Part shown: positions 25,326 through 39,267 of the stretch, in pieces
Layout of the letters: the number at the start of each line of letters is the position of its first letter
Numbering within the stretch: the first letter of the stretch is position 1
Assembly: GCA_051294905.1 (NCBI GenBank)
Contig: CM119384.1
Coordinates: forward strand, 3,038,001 to 3,102,000
Source of the DNA: Botryllus schlosseri
Lineage: Eukaryota
Direction of reading: 5' to 3'
Length of the DNA stretch: 64,000 nucleotides
Program-made: the position numbers and the translations under genes
The notes under the pieces: model-generated
Told to the model about the DNA's origin: nothing
Database searches by the model: none
Seen by the model: only the letters and a program-made list of their open reading frames with translations

Positions 25326-25654
25326 GCCTTATCAAAGATGTAGAATTAAGGTCTTGTTGACCCCCTGAATGATTCGCGGACCCCCGGTAGAGGACCACCG
25401 GCTTAGCAGCTTTCTCGGGCATGTCTTAGGTCGCTAGCGTATACCATGTTGAGTGACGGGCTAACTGCTGACCATTACAACGTAACAAATACACCCCCCT
25501 CATAAATCAATATATATACCGCAAATTCATCTTTATTTTACGTATTCCAGGAATGCAACCAAAACGTAACACTCTATTCCGATGATTGGCAGTCACTTCG
25601 ACTTCTCGACTTGGATTTGCTTCCAAGGGATATCACTTTCGCCGCATCTTTTTG

Positions 25655-28600
25655 TTAGACAGCTTTCGACTTCGTAGTTTCCGACGCATCTTCCGGCTCG
25701 ACAGCCCCTGATACAGTTTCAGGCTTCTCAGCCCCCGATACAACTGGAGGCTCGGCAGTCCCCGATACAGATTGAGCCTTGTCAGCCCCCGATACAGCTT
25801 GGGGGCCAACATCGACAAGAACGGCTTGAGGGCTCACGTCGGCCGAAGCATCGTGACCTATTTCAACTCGAACCGTTTCCAACTTGGCTCTTGCTTCAAG
25901 TGCAGATTTCATATTGGACTTGAACGTATGGATCAGGTATGCCAGATCCGTGTCGTCAAAATAATCAGTGGCGTCATCCATCGCCGTTCTGGCTTTCTCC
26001 AAGTCGACGATGCCCGGTTCAACTTCGCCAAGTTTAACACGCAGAACGCCCTGCCACATCAACAGCCGTGCGTAGATTTTAAATTCGGAAGGCTTGGTCA
26101 GGCGGCGCTCTATATGGTACACGGCCAAGACGGTCTTCTGCAACGCGCTTTTATAATCTTTCTGTACGCAGTAATCGGAGATTATCCCGTGATCGAAGCA
26201 GGCTTGGTCCACCGCATTATCTCCGTTGTACGATTTCAGTTTTTTACGCAGATCGGTGCGCACTCCGCAAAAGAATTTGATCAAAGGCGATCGCCTCTGG
26301 AAGTTACATCTAATAACGTGATAACCCACGATGTCAAGGCCCACCATGAAACCCCGAAGCTCGTCCACGTAGACGTCGCGGTCCATGCCTTCGTGTTCGT
26401 TTCTTTTCATGAGACCGCACAGCAACAGAACGCCCCCCACGCAGCGAAGCGAGTCGACGTTGTACCCGGGCCTCGGAAAGTACAGACTGGCCCAACTCTT
26501 TATACGATGAATTGGTATGTTTGTGTCACGAATTTTTCTGTGAAGGTTCCCCACGCCTTCCCGCGTACCATCGCTCAGCATCACGGAGCACTCCGACATC
26601 AGTAGCAGATCGTGAATGTCCTCTTTACCCCGAAGCGAGAAAACCTTGTTCAAATTCTCTCTCGCCCCCTCGAAGTCACCGGCCATGTATTGGATCGCAG
26701 CCTCGCCTATGCAGATAAGAAAATATCACATAAAACTATAGAATAAGTATTACAGCTACACAGTTTTGTTTCAAATATAGATTGGAATTTGAATCATCAA
26801 ACTCGCAAAAGGAATTTTAATCAATTTCAGCTCTTTTGAACTCATGATTCATACTTATAAGCACGAGAATCGCTGTAGCATTATCAGGAAAAACAGGGAT
26901 TGGATAAAATATTAAATTCGAGGATAGAAACATTTCACAAATCAGATTCGAATTGGAATTAGAGCAAAGCAGCATTTCACAAATTAGATCATAATTAGAT
27001 TACCGACCTCATGGTATAATTAATCTAAGTCGGGGGTCCAATGGCGTCGTTGGCCTATTCTCTGGGGTCGCGGGGACGAAAATTAAATACCAATGAATAT
27101 TGGAAGAACGTCAATTAAGCGTATGCTTTCGACTTCTCATTTCTGAATATTTTAGTTCTTTATTTTTCAAAGGAGGAAAAACTAATACGAATCCGGCAAA
27201 CAAAGAATGAGGTCAGTCGAAGCGTCATTTAAAGCGCCACCTACTATAACGCATGCTGGTCGGTGGTCATTTATCAAGATCAAAGCGTCGGGAGCATAGA
27301 AACCAACAGGACGGTTACGTTTCCTTCCGGGAAAATTTCCAAGTGATTGGCAGTAGTATGTGTTAACAATAAAATAAATAGACAGGACACACGTAATAGT
27401 CACGTAAATAAACACGTGGTAATCAGCACGCCAAATTGAGAGGCGGGCTCGCGAAACATTTGCAAATCGAAATTTGGCGTCGCGATAATAAAGTCTGGCA
27501 GCCTTTGATCTAAGTAGACAACTAGAATTATGGTTGTCCGACTCCGGCTGGATAAGCACGGAGATCAGTTGAACGTATCGGACAAGAAGAAGACATATAA
27601 ACGGCTGGCGTACATGTTAGATTTTAAAGCGAATTACTTTTATCGTCATATTTACAATGTTACCCTGGTATGTTTGCTACTAAGATATAAGTTTTCTTCG
27701 ATCAACATTATTATAACATGGCAATGTAGAGGAAATGTGAGCGTTATCATCATACTAGCCGCATCGATCATCATTATCCGATACGGGATGCTTTGCCTGC
27801 GATTTTTTGTATCATCATTGCTGACGTATATTCGTCATATAGTGATATATCTCGGTTGGGTGAAAATGAAGTTTCAAGTCTTCCGCTCGTCCCTTTCCTA
27901 CATATTACAACCTTGACACTCCTCACAGCCGAAGCGTTATACTGCTCGGTGTCGAAATGCGTCCGGGTACGGGTTTGCGTAAATATCCGGTTTAATATTC
28001 TCCAAACTATGAGTGATAAATTTCTGAAGCTTGCGCCTACCTCTGTAAACCGAGATGCAATCCAGCGCTGTATCAGTTATGTGTCGCATCGTGATGCTCG
28101 TAGAATGTGACGCTTGAACGTGCGATTCTGTAGAAACGTTGCAGTGAATATAGTTGATAGGATCAGGCCTGATATCACAGGGTTGTAACCAAGTCACAAG
28201 GTTCCGAGTCACAAGTCGAATCTCCCTTTTATAGTTTTGACTCGAGCCAAGTCGAGTCATTTTCAATTCACCATCGAGTCAATTCGGAGTTCAAGTCGTC
28301 GTGCAGAGGGTCGAGTCCGATTTATATCGGGTTATTACCATATTTTGGAATCCTCAAAGTAGAATACTTTTTACAAATCATAAAAGTCAGTTTACTGAAA
28401 TTGAAATATTTATTGGCAATTTTATAGTGATGACTAAAAAAATTGTCATCTTTCCGAATCATCTCCGAAACCCCCCGCTCTTTACCGTTACTGCTGGCGT
28501 GTTGCCTACAAAATGGTCGATTTTAAAGGAGGACAAATCCTCCTATAAAGGACGTATGGTAACCCTATAGTCGTTTTGTTGACTGTTCGGTTTCGAGTTA

Positions 28601-31600
28601 CAGTATTGTTAAAATCACTTTTTACAGCGCTGCTTGGTGATATCGAATGCTGCGGATTCATGATATACAGTTTTATTCTCATTTTAACAGTTTCTGGTCG
28701 CATTTCCAAGTACCAGTACCAATAGACGAAATCCCAATAGTGTGGTTACTTTATACTATTATTCGAAATTACAATGAAAGGTCGGTCTTCGCCGTCCTAG
28801 CCTAGAGTCACACGACTTGGTCCTAGTCAAGCGCAATGATTCGAGTACAAGTCGAGTCAATACACAGATTCACTCGTGTCGAGTCCTTTTTCGTATTTCG
28901 AGAAAATGGCTCGAGTAAAGTCGAGTCACCAAAACATTGCATCCCGATAACATCCCGGCATCGTCAAGAAAAAAGCAAGAAGAACATCACTTCTCAAAAT
29001 CGATACTCTTACCATAGTGTCCTATATGGTGTCGACACAAGCAAATCTCACACCCCAGTGAAATTGTATCACGTCACAATTTCCATTTGGCTACAGGCAA
29101 TTTAACGGTCATTTTGGACCGGCTTGCCGAGCATTAAATTTGGTAAAACTAGTGTCAATCGGAAGCTGACTCTGCAGTGATTACGAAAATATAAATTTTA
29201 TTCCGCTCGTGGCCCTGGAACCCCCACAATCAGCCTCGAATTTTTCATTGTTATGGAGATTGGCATTGAGACGCAAATATGCTATCTGGCGAAACGAGAT
29301 AGTAGCTCAAGAGAAAAAGCGCCAGACAGCATTGTTCAGCATTGTTGCGTCCCAATGCCAATCTCCATAACAATGAAAAATTCGAGGCTGATTGTGGGAG
29401 TTCCAGGGCCACGAGCGGAATAAAATTTATATTTTCGTAATCAGTGCAGAGTCGGCTTTCGATTGATACCCGTTTAACCAAATTTAATGCTCGGCAAGCC
29501 GGTCCAAAATGACGGTCAAATTGCCTGTAGCCAAATGGAAATTGTGACGTGATACAATTTCACTGAGCCGTGAGATTTGCTTGTGTCGACACCATATAGG
29601 ACACTATGCTCTTACCGTCAGGCTTCGCAACTGGAGCCGGAGCCGGAGCCGGAGCCGGAGCTGGAGCTGGTTCTGGTAGTTTGGTTTGACGCTTTAGAAA
29701 TTTTGTCATCTCTTCCGGGAGACTTTCAACGCTATTTCTGTAAAATGTCACGTATTGAAGTGGTACAGTGTTTGGCTTACCAGTACCAGTAATTAACAAA
29801 TATTTTCGTTTGTCGAGAGTCGGGTCTGCAAACGCTGTCTTGATCATAGCCTACTGAAACAAGGCCTCGTAAGCAACATTTGACCTGAGGATTAGAGAGG
29901 CAGGTCTTGAAAGTAGCGGAAATCTCACGGAAATACCTACGCGAATGGTAAGTATCGCGCTAGTCAGGACCAGGGTAGATTCTGACCATAATTAGGGTGT
30001 TGTTTTGATACAATATAGTTCAAATACCAACGCAGTCGTTTTAGTCTCAAAGAGAAGATAGTTCGGGTATGCTTGTGACCAGAGGTGATCAGTAACGAAG
30101 TACTTCTACTTTCTCGAAGTACTCAAGTAGTTTTCCTCTACTTCTGGTACTTACTCAAGTAGATCTGATTTTCGCTACTTCTACTTCGTAATATTTTGAG
30201 ATCTACTTACTTACTTTTCGCTATTTCAAGTTTGTCAAGTAGAAGTAGTTTAATCCTCCAATCGGAAAGATAGCCTGAGGAATTTTGGGGCTGTTATCAC
30301 GAACCATCGGCATATAATTTTCATAAAATTTTAGTAAAGCCCAGTGGATCGCGCGCAGCGGATATGGAGTAACCAGTATGATTTCACTAGAGTATCGGTG
30401 AATATAATTTAGGTAGCGGGTTGGCGTGGTTCCGTTCACACTGCATTGTCACCCTTCGTCATATCAAATATTTCATCACAATAGATAATATTATCGCTCA
30501 TCATAACGTTTGAAGCTGATGTTTCGCAATCTAGCATTTACTTATCATATCATAATCTAGCAGTCCATGGCGTGTCCTAATCTGGAAAAGTGGACTATGC
30601 CTTTTTTAGTCTTAGAACTGTTTTAGCATACCAACCGTCGAAACCTTCTGGACTAAAGACATGAAATACATGTTCCGCTTTTAGAAGTACTATTTATATT
30701 TCACTCTCAATTCCTAGTATCATATAGCCTACTTTGAGTTCTAGTTAATCAGTTTTTTTTGTCTGGATAACATACACGCTGAAGTATAAAAGTAAGTGTG
30801 GTAATGCTTTTAATTTCCGGAAATAAATCCACACAGTATGGCATTTTTACGATCCACCATCTTTTAAATTAATGTTTACTAATCGCGCAAACTGTTCACA
30901 CTGTATCCTTTACAACTTCTCTGTATTGCTCTTCGACTAAACTATACAGGCCTTATAATATGGGGGAGGGCACCATACCATGATATTTTCTAAATCGTGC
31001 TCAGAGGAAACAGAGGATTATAGTATCGCATTTCCATATCAATACTACCATTTGCATCCCATGATGCGGACGAATGCTTATGCTGTCGAAAATTGAATAC
31101 CTCCTGGTATGCATCAATATGAATCAAGCTCTGCACCTTTTGCATAGCTCAATTTGCACCTTATTTTGACAATCCCCGTGAACGAATTACGATCGTTTTC
31201 AAAACTACTTACTTACTTGAGTAGACTTAAAGTCAGTCAATTCTACTTCTACTTCAAGTAGTATTAGGTTGCTTATGGAAGAAGTACTTCTACTCGTACT
31301 TCAGTAGATTTTTTTCGTCACTACTTCTACTTCTACTTGAGTAGCCTTCTTAACTACTTGGACCACTTCTGCTTGTGATGTACACTGCATAAAAAACTGC
31401 GTGGATGAATACAAACGTAGGTGTTATGGTAGTTTCGTAGTAGTGGAACGTTTCAGTAGCCTGTTCTCACGCTCGTGGTCGTGGTTGTTGCGTTAGACTT
31501 GTCGTTTTCTTGCGATATTTAGATTGAATTCATAAACAGATGTTCATTATAATCATTAGATAGTTCAGTTAGCTACAGGGCAAACTTTTCAGCTCGCGGA

Positions 31601-34600
31601 CAGAACGCTCTACTTTTCAATCGATTATATAGGGACCAAGGAGATGTGGAGATGATATGCGTGTATATTCAAACAAACCAAATATTGATTCGATCATGAT
31701 GTACACGCGTTGGAAACATTGAAGTTACCTGGTCATCCTCGATAACCAATTGCTCAAAATAAGGGATGAAGGGTGAACCGGATCCGGATGAACGTCAGCT
31801 GTGACGATTCTTAGAATACGATGTGGAAGTTCAACTTCTGAGGAACGATCTGTTCCGAGATTTGCTGAATGTACTTTTGACTTTCCTCCGGGACACACAA
31901 TTCTGACAGAATTATGTAGTCCTACATACGCTTCTACAATATATAGATAATATCAATATAAAATACTTCTACACATATCGAGGACCTAGCACACGCGCAA
32001 TTGGGTTTCCCAAGTATAACGCTAAAAGTAATAAGCCTGATGGAGTTGACAATTTAAAATCAAACTCTTGATCGAATTATGTTAATTCCGTTTAGACCAG
32101 GGGTGGGCAAACTACGGCCCGCGGGCCGCATGCGGCCCGCGACACCGTTTTGTGCGGCCCGCGAGAGTCCAAAGAAACTTTTTTTAAATATTGATAAAAT
32201 ACATACTCAATATCGAATTAATGTAGGGACTTGATTAAACTTTTTCTTAGTATATTTCACCATGATAATCTTAAGGCAATGGTTCCCAAACTGGGACGCA
32301 CGCCTCCTTGCGGGTGTGAAGGCATCTGAAGGGGGTGCGAAGCTGAGCTCAACTGTAAAAAATTTTCGCGCTCCGCGCGATTGTAATCCGCTTCATAATT
32401 GTTGCTCGGTATTTAGTCAGGATTTCATAGTTACCTGCCATCAAACTATCCGTTAGGTTTGCTAGCATCCTGGTTGCGTTTTGTGACATGACGATAAGGG
32501 GCCGCGAAATGCTTCAACATCATAAGGGGGGGGGGCGTGTCTTAATAAGTTTGAGAACCCCTATTCCAAGGTAAATACTTCGTTTAATTTCTGGCGCGAC
32601 AGCCCGATCTCAAGGCCCACGCAGTTTGAAAGGTTCAAGAAATCACAGTCACAGAAATCCTAAACGAGATTGACATAATTCGGACCACGAGTGGGATTTC
32701 AGATTGGCCACTCTACTTTAATAATCTCAGTTATGTGCTTATAAAAACCGATTCGCGCGTGTCTTAGGTAGATTCGTTCTCGGTATGCGTAGAATTGGGG
32801 TATTTATATTTTATCTACACATAGTAGAAGTGTGTTTGAAGCTAGCATGGTTATGATGCTGTCTGCATTTTGTGTCCTGGAACTGAACCAAAAGTGGAAT
32901 TAGTAAATCTATGAGCAGACCGCTGCTCACAGATTTTCCGACTTTCATCTCTATAGTTTTGACAAATTGGTTATTGAAGTCGACCAGCCGATGAAATCTC
33001 GCCACTATGTTTCTGACGCGAGTACGATACCATCAAAGCAATGTTTGGTTTGTTTTAAATAAGCACATATATCAACTTCATGTCCTCACTATATTATCAA
33101 ATACCAATGTTGCGTTTCGGTTTATAATCCCAATTTTATAGAGTATGGTGCGGCCCGCGAATGGATTTAGATGTTGAATGCGGCCCGCGAGCTCAAAAGT
33201 TTGCCCACCCCTGGTTTAGACTGTCTGTAATGTTTAGCAATTGACACCTCTTAAAATACGTGGGCCTTGCAATCAGGCGATTGCGCTAGCAATAAAATAA
33301 GCACCATAGTAAGAGTTTGGCTTGTCATTGTCATGTTGAAATATCTTTAGAAAAAGTTTCGTCAAGACTCGGTAATGTAACTACATCTTTTGCACTCATA
33401 TCCCATTTTACTGATGCTTTCGCGGGCCGCATAAAACGGTGTTCCGGGCCGCATGCGGCTGCGGGCCGTAGTTTGCCCTTCCGTAGTTTGTTTCAACGAA
33501 CAGCTCTACCGAAGCATTTCTTTACAAGCAGCAGGCCTGTATCCATACATGGCCGTTCACAAAACAGGTAAACATCATCTATTCTACGGTCTACACTGAA
33601 CTGCTAAGCCATCCTAGCATTTGCTTCACAGCCTTAGAACCCAGGCTCAGCAGCGCATGTAGTATTGTCAGCAGCCGCCAGTGCTGGGATGACTCGAGTC
33701 AGACTCGTGTCGCCTTTTTCGTATGACTTGACTGACTCGAGTCACTTAGCAGAAATGACTTGACGCTTCAGAAATGCAGATTGACTCGCGTCTCGAAGTA
33801 AAATTTTCGAGTCAATTTCAAGTCATAAGTAATCGAGGTCGACTAAATCGCTATAACTTCTTATTGTTAACCAATCACTCAATAATTGTGCGTATCAACG
33901 AGCCTACATCGTTATATCAAAAATAAATTGATCGCGAACGCAGCTTACAACTTACGCTGTCGTAAACTTGCTCACCTTAACCAAGCTTCTTGTATGATTT
34001 AAATCGAACGAATATCGTTATTACGTTTATAATTGTATATCATGGATATGTAGGTTGGTAGGGTATTGCATCATATCAATTTATATATTTTTTCATGTTT
34101 CGCACGCTATCCTGTAAACATGTTTCGCATGCTATCCTGTAAATTGGCGGATAAATATTGTATATTGAGGCTCTACCGCTTGCGTAGTTTAGCAGTTCTA
34201 CGTACGCGTGAGCGATAGAGCGCCCTTTGCGCGTATAATCGACTCTTTATTCGTTCCTCGAAAAATAGGGACCTCATCTGTATTTACAACAGCTACTAAT
34301 CGACTAGAACAAACGCAAAATCGAATTATAGTTAAATTCACACGCAAGCCTTAAATTACATGTTGCAATAGGAACTCCAAAGCGTATTTATGGACAGCAA
34401 AAATGAAAATAATCTCACCCGCACTCCGTAATAGGGCTTTCTGACGACTCTTCGTTATCCGCATCACCTAAAGTCACAGAATCGGAAACACTCAGTCGAT
34501 ATCATTTCACCCGCAAGACTTCGAAATGACGCACTAGTCTCGGTCTCACAACCACCTCCATCAGATAACAATAAAAACCAGCCATTTAAAAAGAGTCGTC

Positions 34601-37013
34601 TGCAATGTTCCCTCCAAGCTGCGCGCGTGCGCAATTGGGCAGTCCTGACACGGTCTCTGCGCACGGAAAATCTAAGCTGCGCACAAAAAAGGCGAAGGGA
34701 TGACCTTTTTTCAGTCGATACGCACTGTTGTCGAAGGGACCGCGTGGTAAGCTGGTGAGTGAGCGCAAACTTGTGAAAGTTAGAGGAAACATTGGCTCGA
34801 CTGTAACCCTATAATGGGAGCATAAAAAGCGATGAAAATGCAAGATAGCGACAAGCGTACTAGAAACAGCTTTTATTTTTCGCTAGGGCTGGAGCAATAC
34901 CCACTACACGCACTCCCCAGAATATGATAGTTATAGTGGTGAAACAATTAATTAATTCCAGCTCCGACTCCACCCTGCGCAGGGTTAATAGATTTTTGAG
35001 ATCCGGAGAGTGGACACTTTTTACAAATCACAAAATTTATAATATCGAACGGTTTTGCGTCATACATGGCGTTCTTTATTAGTGCCTGCCTGCCCGCTGA
35101 TCGGTTGCAGACTTGGACAACTAGAAAATTTTCAGCTTTTCTCAATTAGATTAGAATTAGAATTAGAGCTCAACAGTTTTTTTCAAATTAGATTAGAATT
35201 AGAAGTAGAGCTACACAGTTTTTCCAAATTAGATTAGAATTGGAATTAGAGCAACACAGCTTTTTCCAAATTAGATTAGAATTGGAGTTAGAGCTAATAA
35301 GCTTTTTCCGAATTATATTAGAATTAGAATTAGAGTTACTTAGTTCGCAGAAACTTGGAAATTTAATGAAATTGAATATGGGAAATGAATACAGCAAAAT
35401 TCAGTTCATATCAAACCACAGTGCGGTGTGCAAAAGGCCGTCAGACGATGAGCGCCACATATTTTTGTCAATAAACAGCAACAACAACAGTGCATTCCCA
35501 TAACCACGAGAATGGTTAACTTCTGTACACCAAGCTTGGCTCGATTTTTACTATACTTTAATAAAATATTACTTCTTTTATGGTAGCCATGGGTGTCGCC
35601 CATGTTAGTCAGAACGGCGATGTACTACTAACGTAAAGTTTTAAATACTAGAATGTCGTTCGCAGACTCCAAGCTACTCTAGCAGGCTATTGTCATAATA
35701 TATATTATGACTGCACGGTGTAAGTAAGGCTTGGTACTGGATTTCCCTGCTCAAGAGGAGATATTCTTGTTAACTCACTGCAATAGTGCAATATGCCTCG
35801 GACAAAGAGTCATTTTCAGGAAAACAATAATTAGATTAGAACTAGAATTAGAGAATAGGGACATTTCATAAATTAGATTAGAATTAGAATTAGAGCATGG
35901 AAACATTTAACAAATTAAATTAGAATTAGATTACTGGCATTTCGCTCTAATTTAGTGAAATTAGACAACTAGAAGGAGCCTGAATTACCAAAAAGGAGGA
36001 CATATTCGATAATTTCCTGAAAACGGAGGGGAAACCCTCCCCATAAGGAGGATGTATGGTAACCCTTAACTTGCGCCCATCCGTTGCCCAAGTCATATTA
36101 CCTCGTACGAATCTTGTATAATTTTTGTGTCGGCTACGCAAGTTTGGTGGATTAGCTTCCAATGTAGACCCCGATAACATTATTGGATGACAAGAACCGC
36201 AAGCATGATAGGTACTTACCATCCGCATTGTTAGGAGGCAACACGAGGCGCATCGGAGATGGAATAATAAACGAGTCCGTTTTCTTCAGTACTGGCCTAC
36301 AAAATTAGTATTTTTGATATAGTATTGGAATAGCGCAGTGAATCGTGCCGCACTGGTTGTCTACAGCGCTACAGCGCATCGACCGTCACTAAACACTTTG
36401 TAAAATGTGCGTGGCCGCCGAAGCAACATGCTACAAAGAATCAAGATCAGTGGTTCTGGACCGGGGCTCGCACGAACCCGTCGCCGGTCTCAGGGATTCG
36501 CTGTAGGGCAAGGCACATAAGGTACTCATACAACAGAAGTAGCGGTAACTTGGAATAAATATATATTGTATCTCATCGTTTTGTGTGACGATTTTGCTCT
36601 TTTAACAGTTGTTGATACACGCTTCACTTTGTGCATCAGATCTCTGCTTTCGTAATATAGGCTAAAATCAGGGTTCGGAAGGATCATGAATGTGAAGAAC
36701 CAGAGTTCTAGATATACCTAAACTTCCTCGTTTGATATAATCAAAGCAATGCACAATGAAACCCGTTATATTTGATACGCCAAGTTTCGATTTGGTGCGC
36801 CGAGAGACATTGTTATATGGACTTATCTTCACGTGGGCTACATGTAATATAGCCTTAAATCGGGGTAAGAAAGTATCGTTGGAAAACATTACTTATTAAC
36901 AAAGATGCTACAGAAAAGAACTTTATTTCACTAGAAGTCACTGTTTTGATAAACGCGGAGGAAAAACAGTTCAAATCTCAAAATTCTCACCTTTCATCAC
37001 CGCCAGAGGCCAT
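25655..37013 (-). CDS. Paralogue 2 of the TPR-like family (about 469 aa predicted, C-terminus truncated)
   Basis: Coding exons 37013-36991, 36296-36220, 34467-34419, 29737-29616, 28127-28041 and 26706-25655; same phases as paralogue 1; 1410 nt open. AATAAA at 25532-25537. Confidence 0.85.
28178..28940 (-). mobile_element. Degenerate copy of the 24547-25122 MITE family
   Basis: Begins cagggttgtaacc, carries gagtc repeats and is reverse-homologous to 24547-25122; the right end is eroded. Another relic lies at about 42335-42699. Confidence 0.65.
29013..29608. mobile_element. Young foldback MITE, near-perfect hairpin, 7-bp TSD
   Basis: Arms of roughly 260 bp are almost perfect inverted repeats; TSD ctcttac at 29006-29012 and 29609-29615. 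Confidence 0.92.
30080..31371. mobile_element. hAT-type non-autonomous element with tacttc subterminal repeats
   Basis: Ends cagaggtg / cacttctg; TSD cttgtgac / cttgtgat. Confidence 0.8.
32098..33213 (+). mobile_element. Composite hAT MITE carrying an internal MITE at 32277-32563
   Basis: TIR caggggtgggcaaact, perfect TSD gtttagac; reverse-homologous over its full length to 40883-42068. Confidence 0.9.
33679..34290 (+). mobile_element. Truncated copy of the 17174-18123 family
   Basis: cagtgctgggatgactcgagtc start and colinear interior; no right TIR found. Confidence 0.7.
35120..35420 (+). repeat. TTAGAA-rich repeat array
   Basis: Repeated caaattagattagaattagaattagagct units; a further block at 35830-35970. 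Confidence 0.75.
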
Positions 37014-37192
37014 CTTCACCGCAACAAAAAAGTTCTAAACCTATGAACTAACTATACATAGAAATACAAAAAATGTTACCAAGAATTCACGGTTACTGAC
37101 ATATATGATCCAAAGTCGTGTCCTATAAATTGGGGTAGAGCCTGTGTATGCTTTGTATGAACGACGTAATACTGAATAGTAGTAGCTTAGAG

Positions 37193-37483
37193 AAGTAGTA
37201 CTCAAACTTTTTCTAGAGGCACCTCCCTTTATGAAAGTGGAAGTTCTCGCGCCCCCTTATCGTCATATCACAAAATGCAACCAGAATGCTAGCAATCCCA
37301 ACGGATAGTTTGATGACATGGACGGTTACGACTGTCGATGGGAGAATTATCAAATATAAAATTCGGACTATACACAGAGCAACAACTGGAGGTAAGTCGC
37401 GCCAGGCGCGAAAAAAATTTCCAGTTGACCGCAAGTTCGCTCTCCGTTCAGATGCCTTCACGCCCCCAGTTTGAGAACCACTG
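37193..37483. mobile_element. Free-standing copy of the MITE found nested in 32098 and 40883
   Basis: TSD gcttagag on both sides; interior ccccttatcgtcatatcac..gcaaccag.atgctagcaa shared with 41569-41894. Confidence 0.75.
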
Positions 37484-37672
37484 GCTTAGAGTGTGTTGGA
37501 TATCACAATTTAACATGGTAAACAATTGGGTAATATAGATTGAAATAAACTCGAATATATTAGGGTGACACTCGTGCGGGGTAATCGCCAGCAACTAGTA
37601 GAGAATTGTGAAGAACATTGTATATCAACAATCGTATCGCGAAATACTATGACCTTTACGATATTCTCTGAC

Positions 37673-38323
37673 CATAGTGTCCTAAATGGTGTGGACACAT
37701 GCAAATCTCACCGCTCAGTGAAATTGGTTTACGTCACACTTTATATTTGGCTGACGGCAATTTGAGGGAAATTTTTGACCGGCTTGCCGAGCGTGGAATT
37801 CGATAAAACGGGCATGAATCGAAAGCTACCGCGGTACTAATTGCGAAAATATAAATTTTATTCTGCTTGTGGTCCTAGAACTGCATTGTTACGGAACTTG
37901 GTATTGTGACGCATCAATCTCGTATGAGCAGCTCAGGAACAAGTGCACATGAGAGTGAGAGTGTGAATGCTCCTTCGGTTGCACAACAATTGCAATCACG
38001 CTTGCGGTTTGCGCGAAGAAATAAATATCTCTCTCTCTCTATTCACCTATTCCCAAACGGCACGGTTGCGTCAAAATACAACACTCTGCTTCAATGCAAC
38101 ATTTGAGGCTGAGGGTTCCAGGACCACGAGCAGAACAAAATTTATATTTTCGCAATCAGTACCGCGGTAGCTTTCGAATAAAACTCGTTTTATCAAATTT
38201 TGCCTTCAGCAAACCGGTCAAAAATTACCATCAAATTGCCTTTAACCAAATGGAAAGTGTGACGTAGACCAATTTCACTGAGCCGTGATATTTGCCCGTG
38301 TCCACACCATGTAGGGCACTGTG
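37673..38323. mobile_element. Foldback MITE, 7-bp TSD
   Basis: Termini catagtgtcc / gggcactgtg with long inverted arms; TSD ctctgac at 37666-37672 and 38324-38330. Confidence 0.9.
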
Positions 38324-38349
38324 CTCTGACTATCGCTCGGTCATACAAA

Positions 38350-38820
38350 CCTCTCTGTTCTATCGTCCGAGAGAATCACTTAACGAAAACGCACAGATCA
38401 GAAGTATGTTATGGATAAAATGAATCTGTGGATTGAAACTTCGCAACCCTTGGATAGCAGCTCAAAAAGTCAATAACTGGTACATCTCAATCTACAATAT
38501 TTGATAGCTACCTTTACCTACCTAATTACTGCTGCAAGTCCTATCTACTGCACTATATCGGCACAGTAGACAACAATGGATAAATATACGGGGGAGAGGC
38601 CACTACAAAGAAACAACTGTCGAATTCAGCGGCTCATTCCTCGTTCTGCGGCAGTGCACCTTTCCTGATATGAACCGAACGGGACGAGATAAATTTAAAT
38701 CATTATTAGAGTACGATGCCCGCAATTGCGACCGTGGAAACTCAATTATTGCTCATCGTTACAGAAGACGTCTGTAAACGCAGCAGACGAAATCGCTCAT
38801 TGTAAGGCGTGAGTATATCC
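38350..38820. promoter_or_regulatory. Conserved upstream block of paralogue 2
   Basis: Homologous to 19200-19640 and 62880-63400. Confidence 0.55.
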
Positions 38821-39267
38821 ACGCGCACGATGAAGATGGACTCAAGAAGCTGGACGCTCCAGCGCAGTGGTTCCCAATCGCGGACCCATTCGGCCGCGAT
38901 TTGGGCTGAAATACCCTCCCAGGAAAAGTAGCTCCGTGTCTAAAAAGTCATCCTTCCCGTGCAAGCTCCTCTTATATAGGGCGGACGCCGCGGCTACGAA
39001 GACCTGGGTCAATGATAGCAACACTATTTCAAATGCAGGCCGCATTACACTTTGGTAAGGTATACTGCTGGCCTCAGCCGTCTCAAATATCTAAATATAA
39101 TGTGGTTTCAAATCAAAGATAGAAGTGAGAAAGTAATTTCGGCAGCAGTCATTCTCTTCAGAAAGCCAACGTAATCCTATTGCAATCTAGCTACAGTTAT
39201 ATGTGTCTGTGGCATCGAGGTCACACATCCTCATTTGTAAGACTACAAAACTTCCACCTCCACTCGC

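Noticed and set aside
25772-26605. 277-aa plus-strand ORF (also 12443-12814, 13058-13342, 43359-43757)
   Set aside because: Antisense shadows of the real GC-richer coding exon; no independent support.
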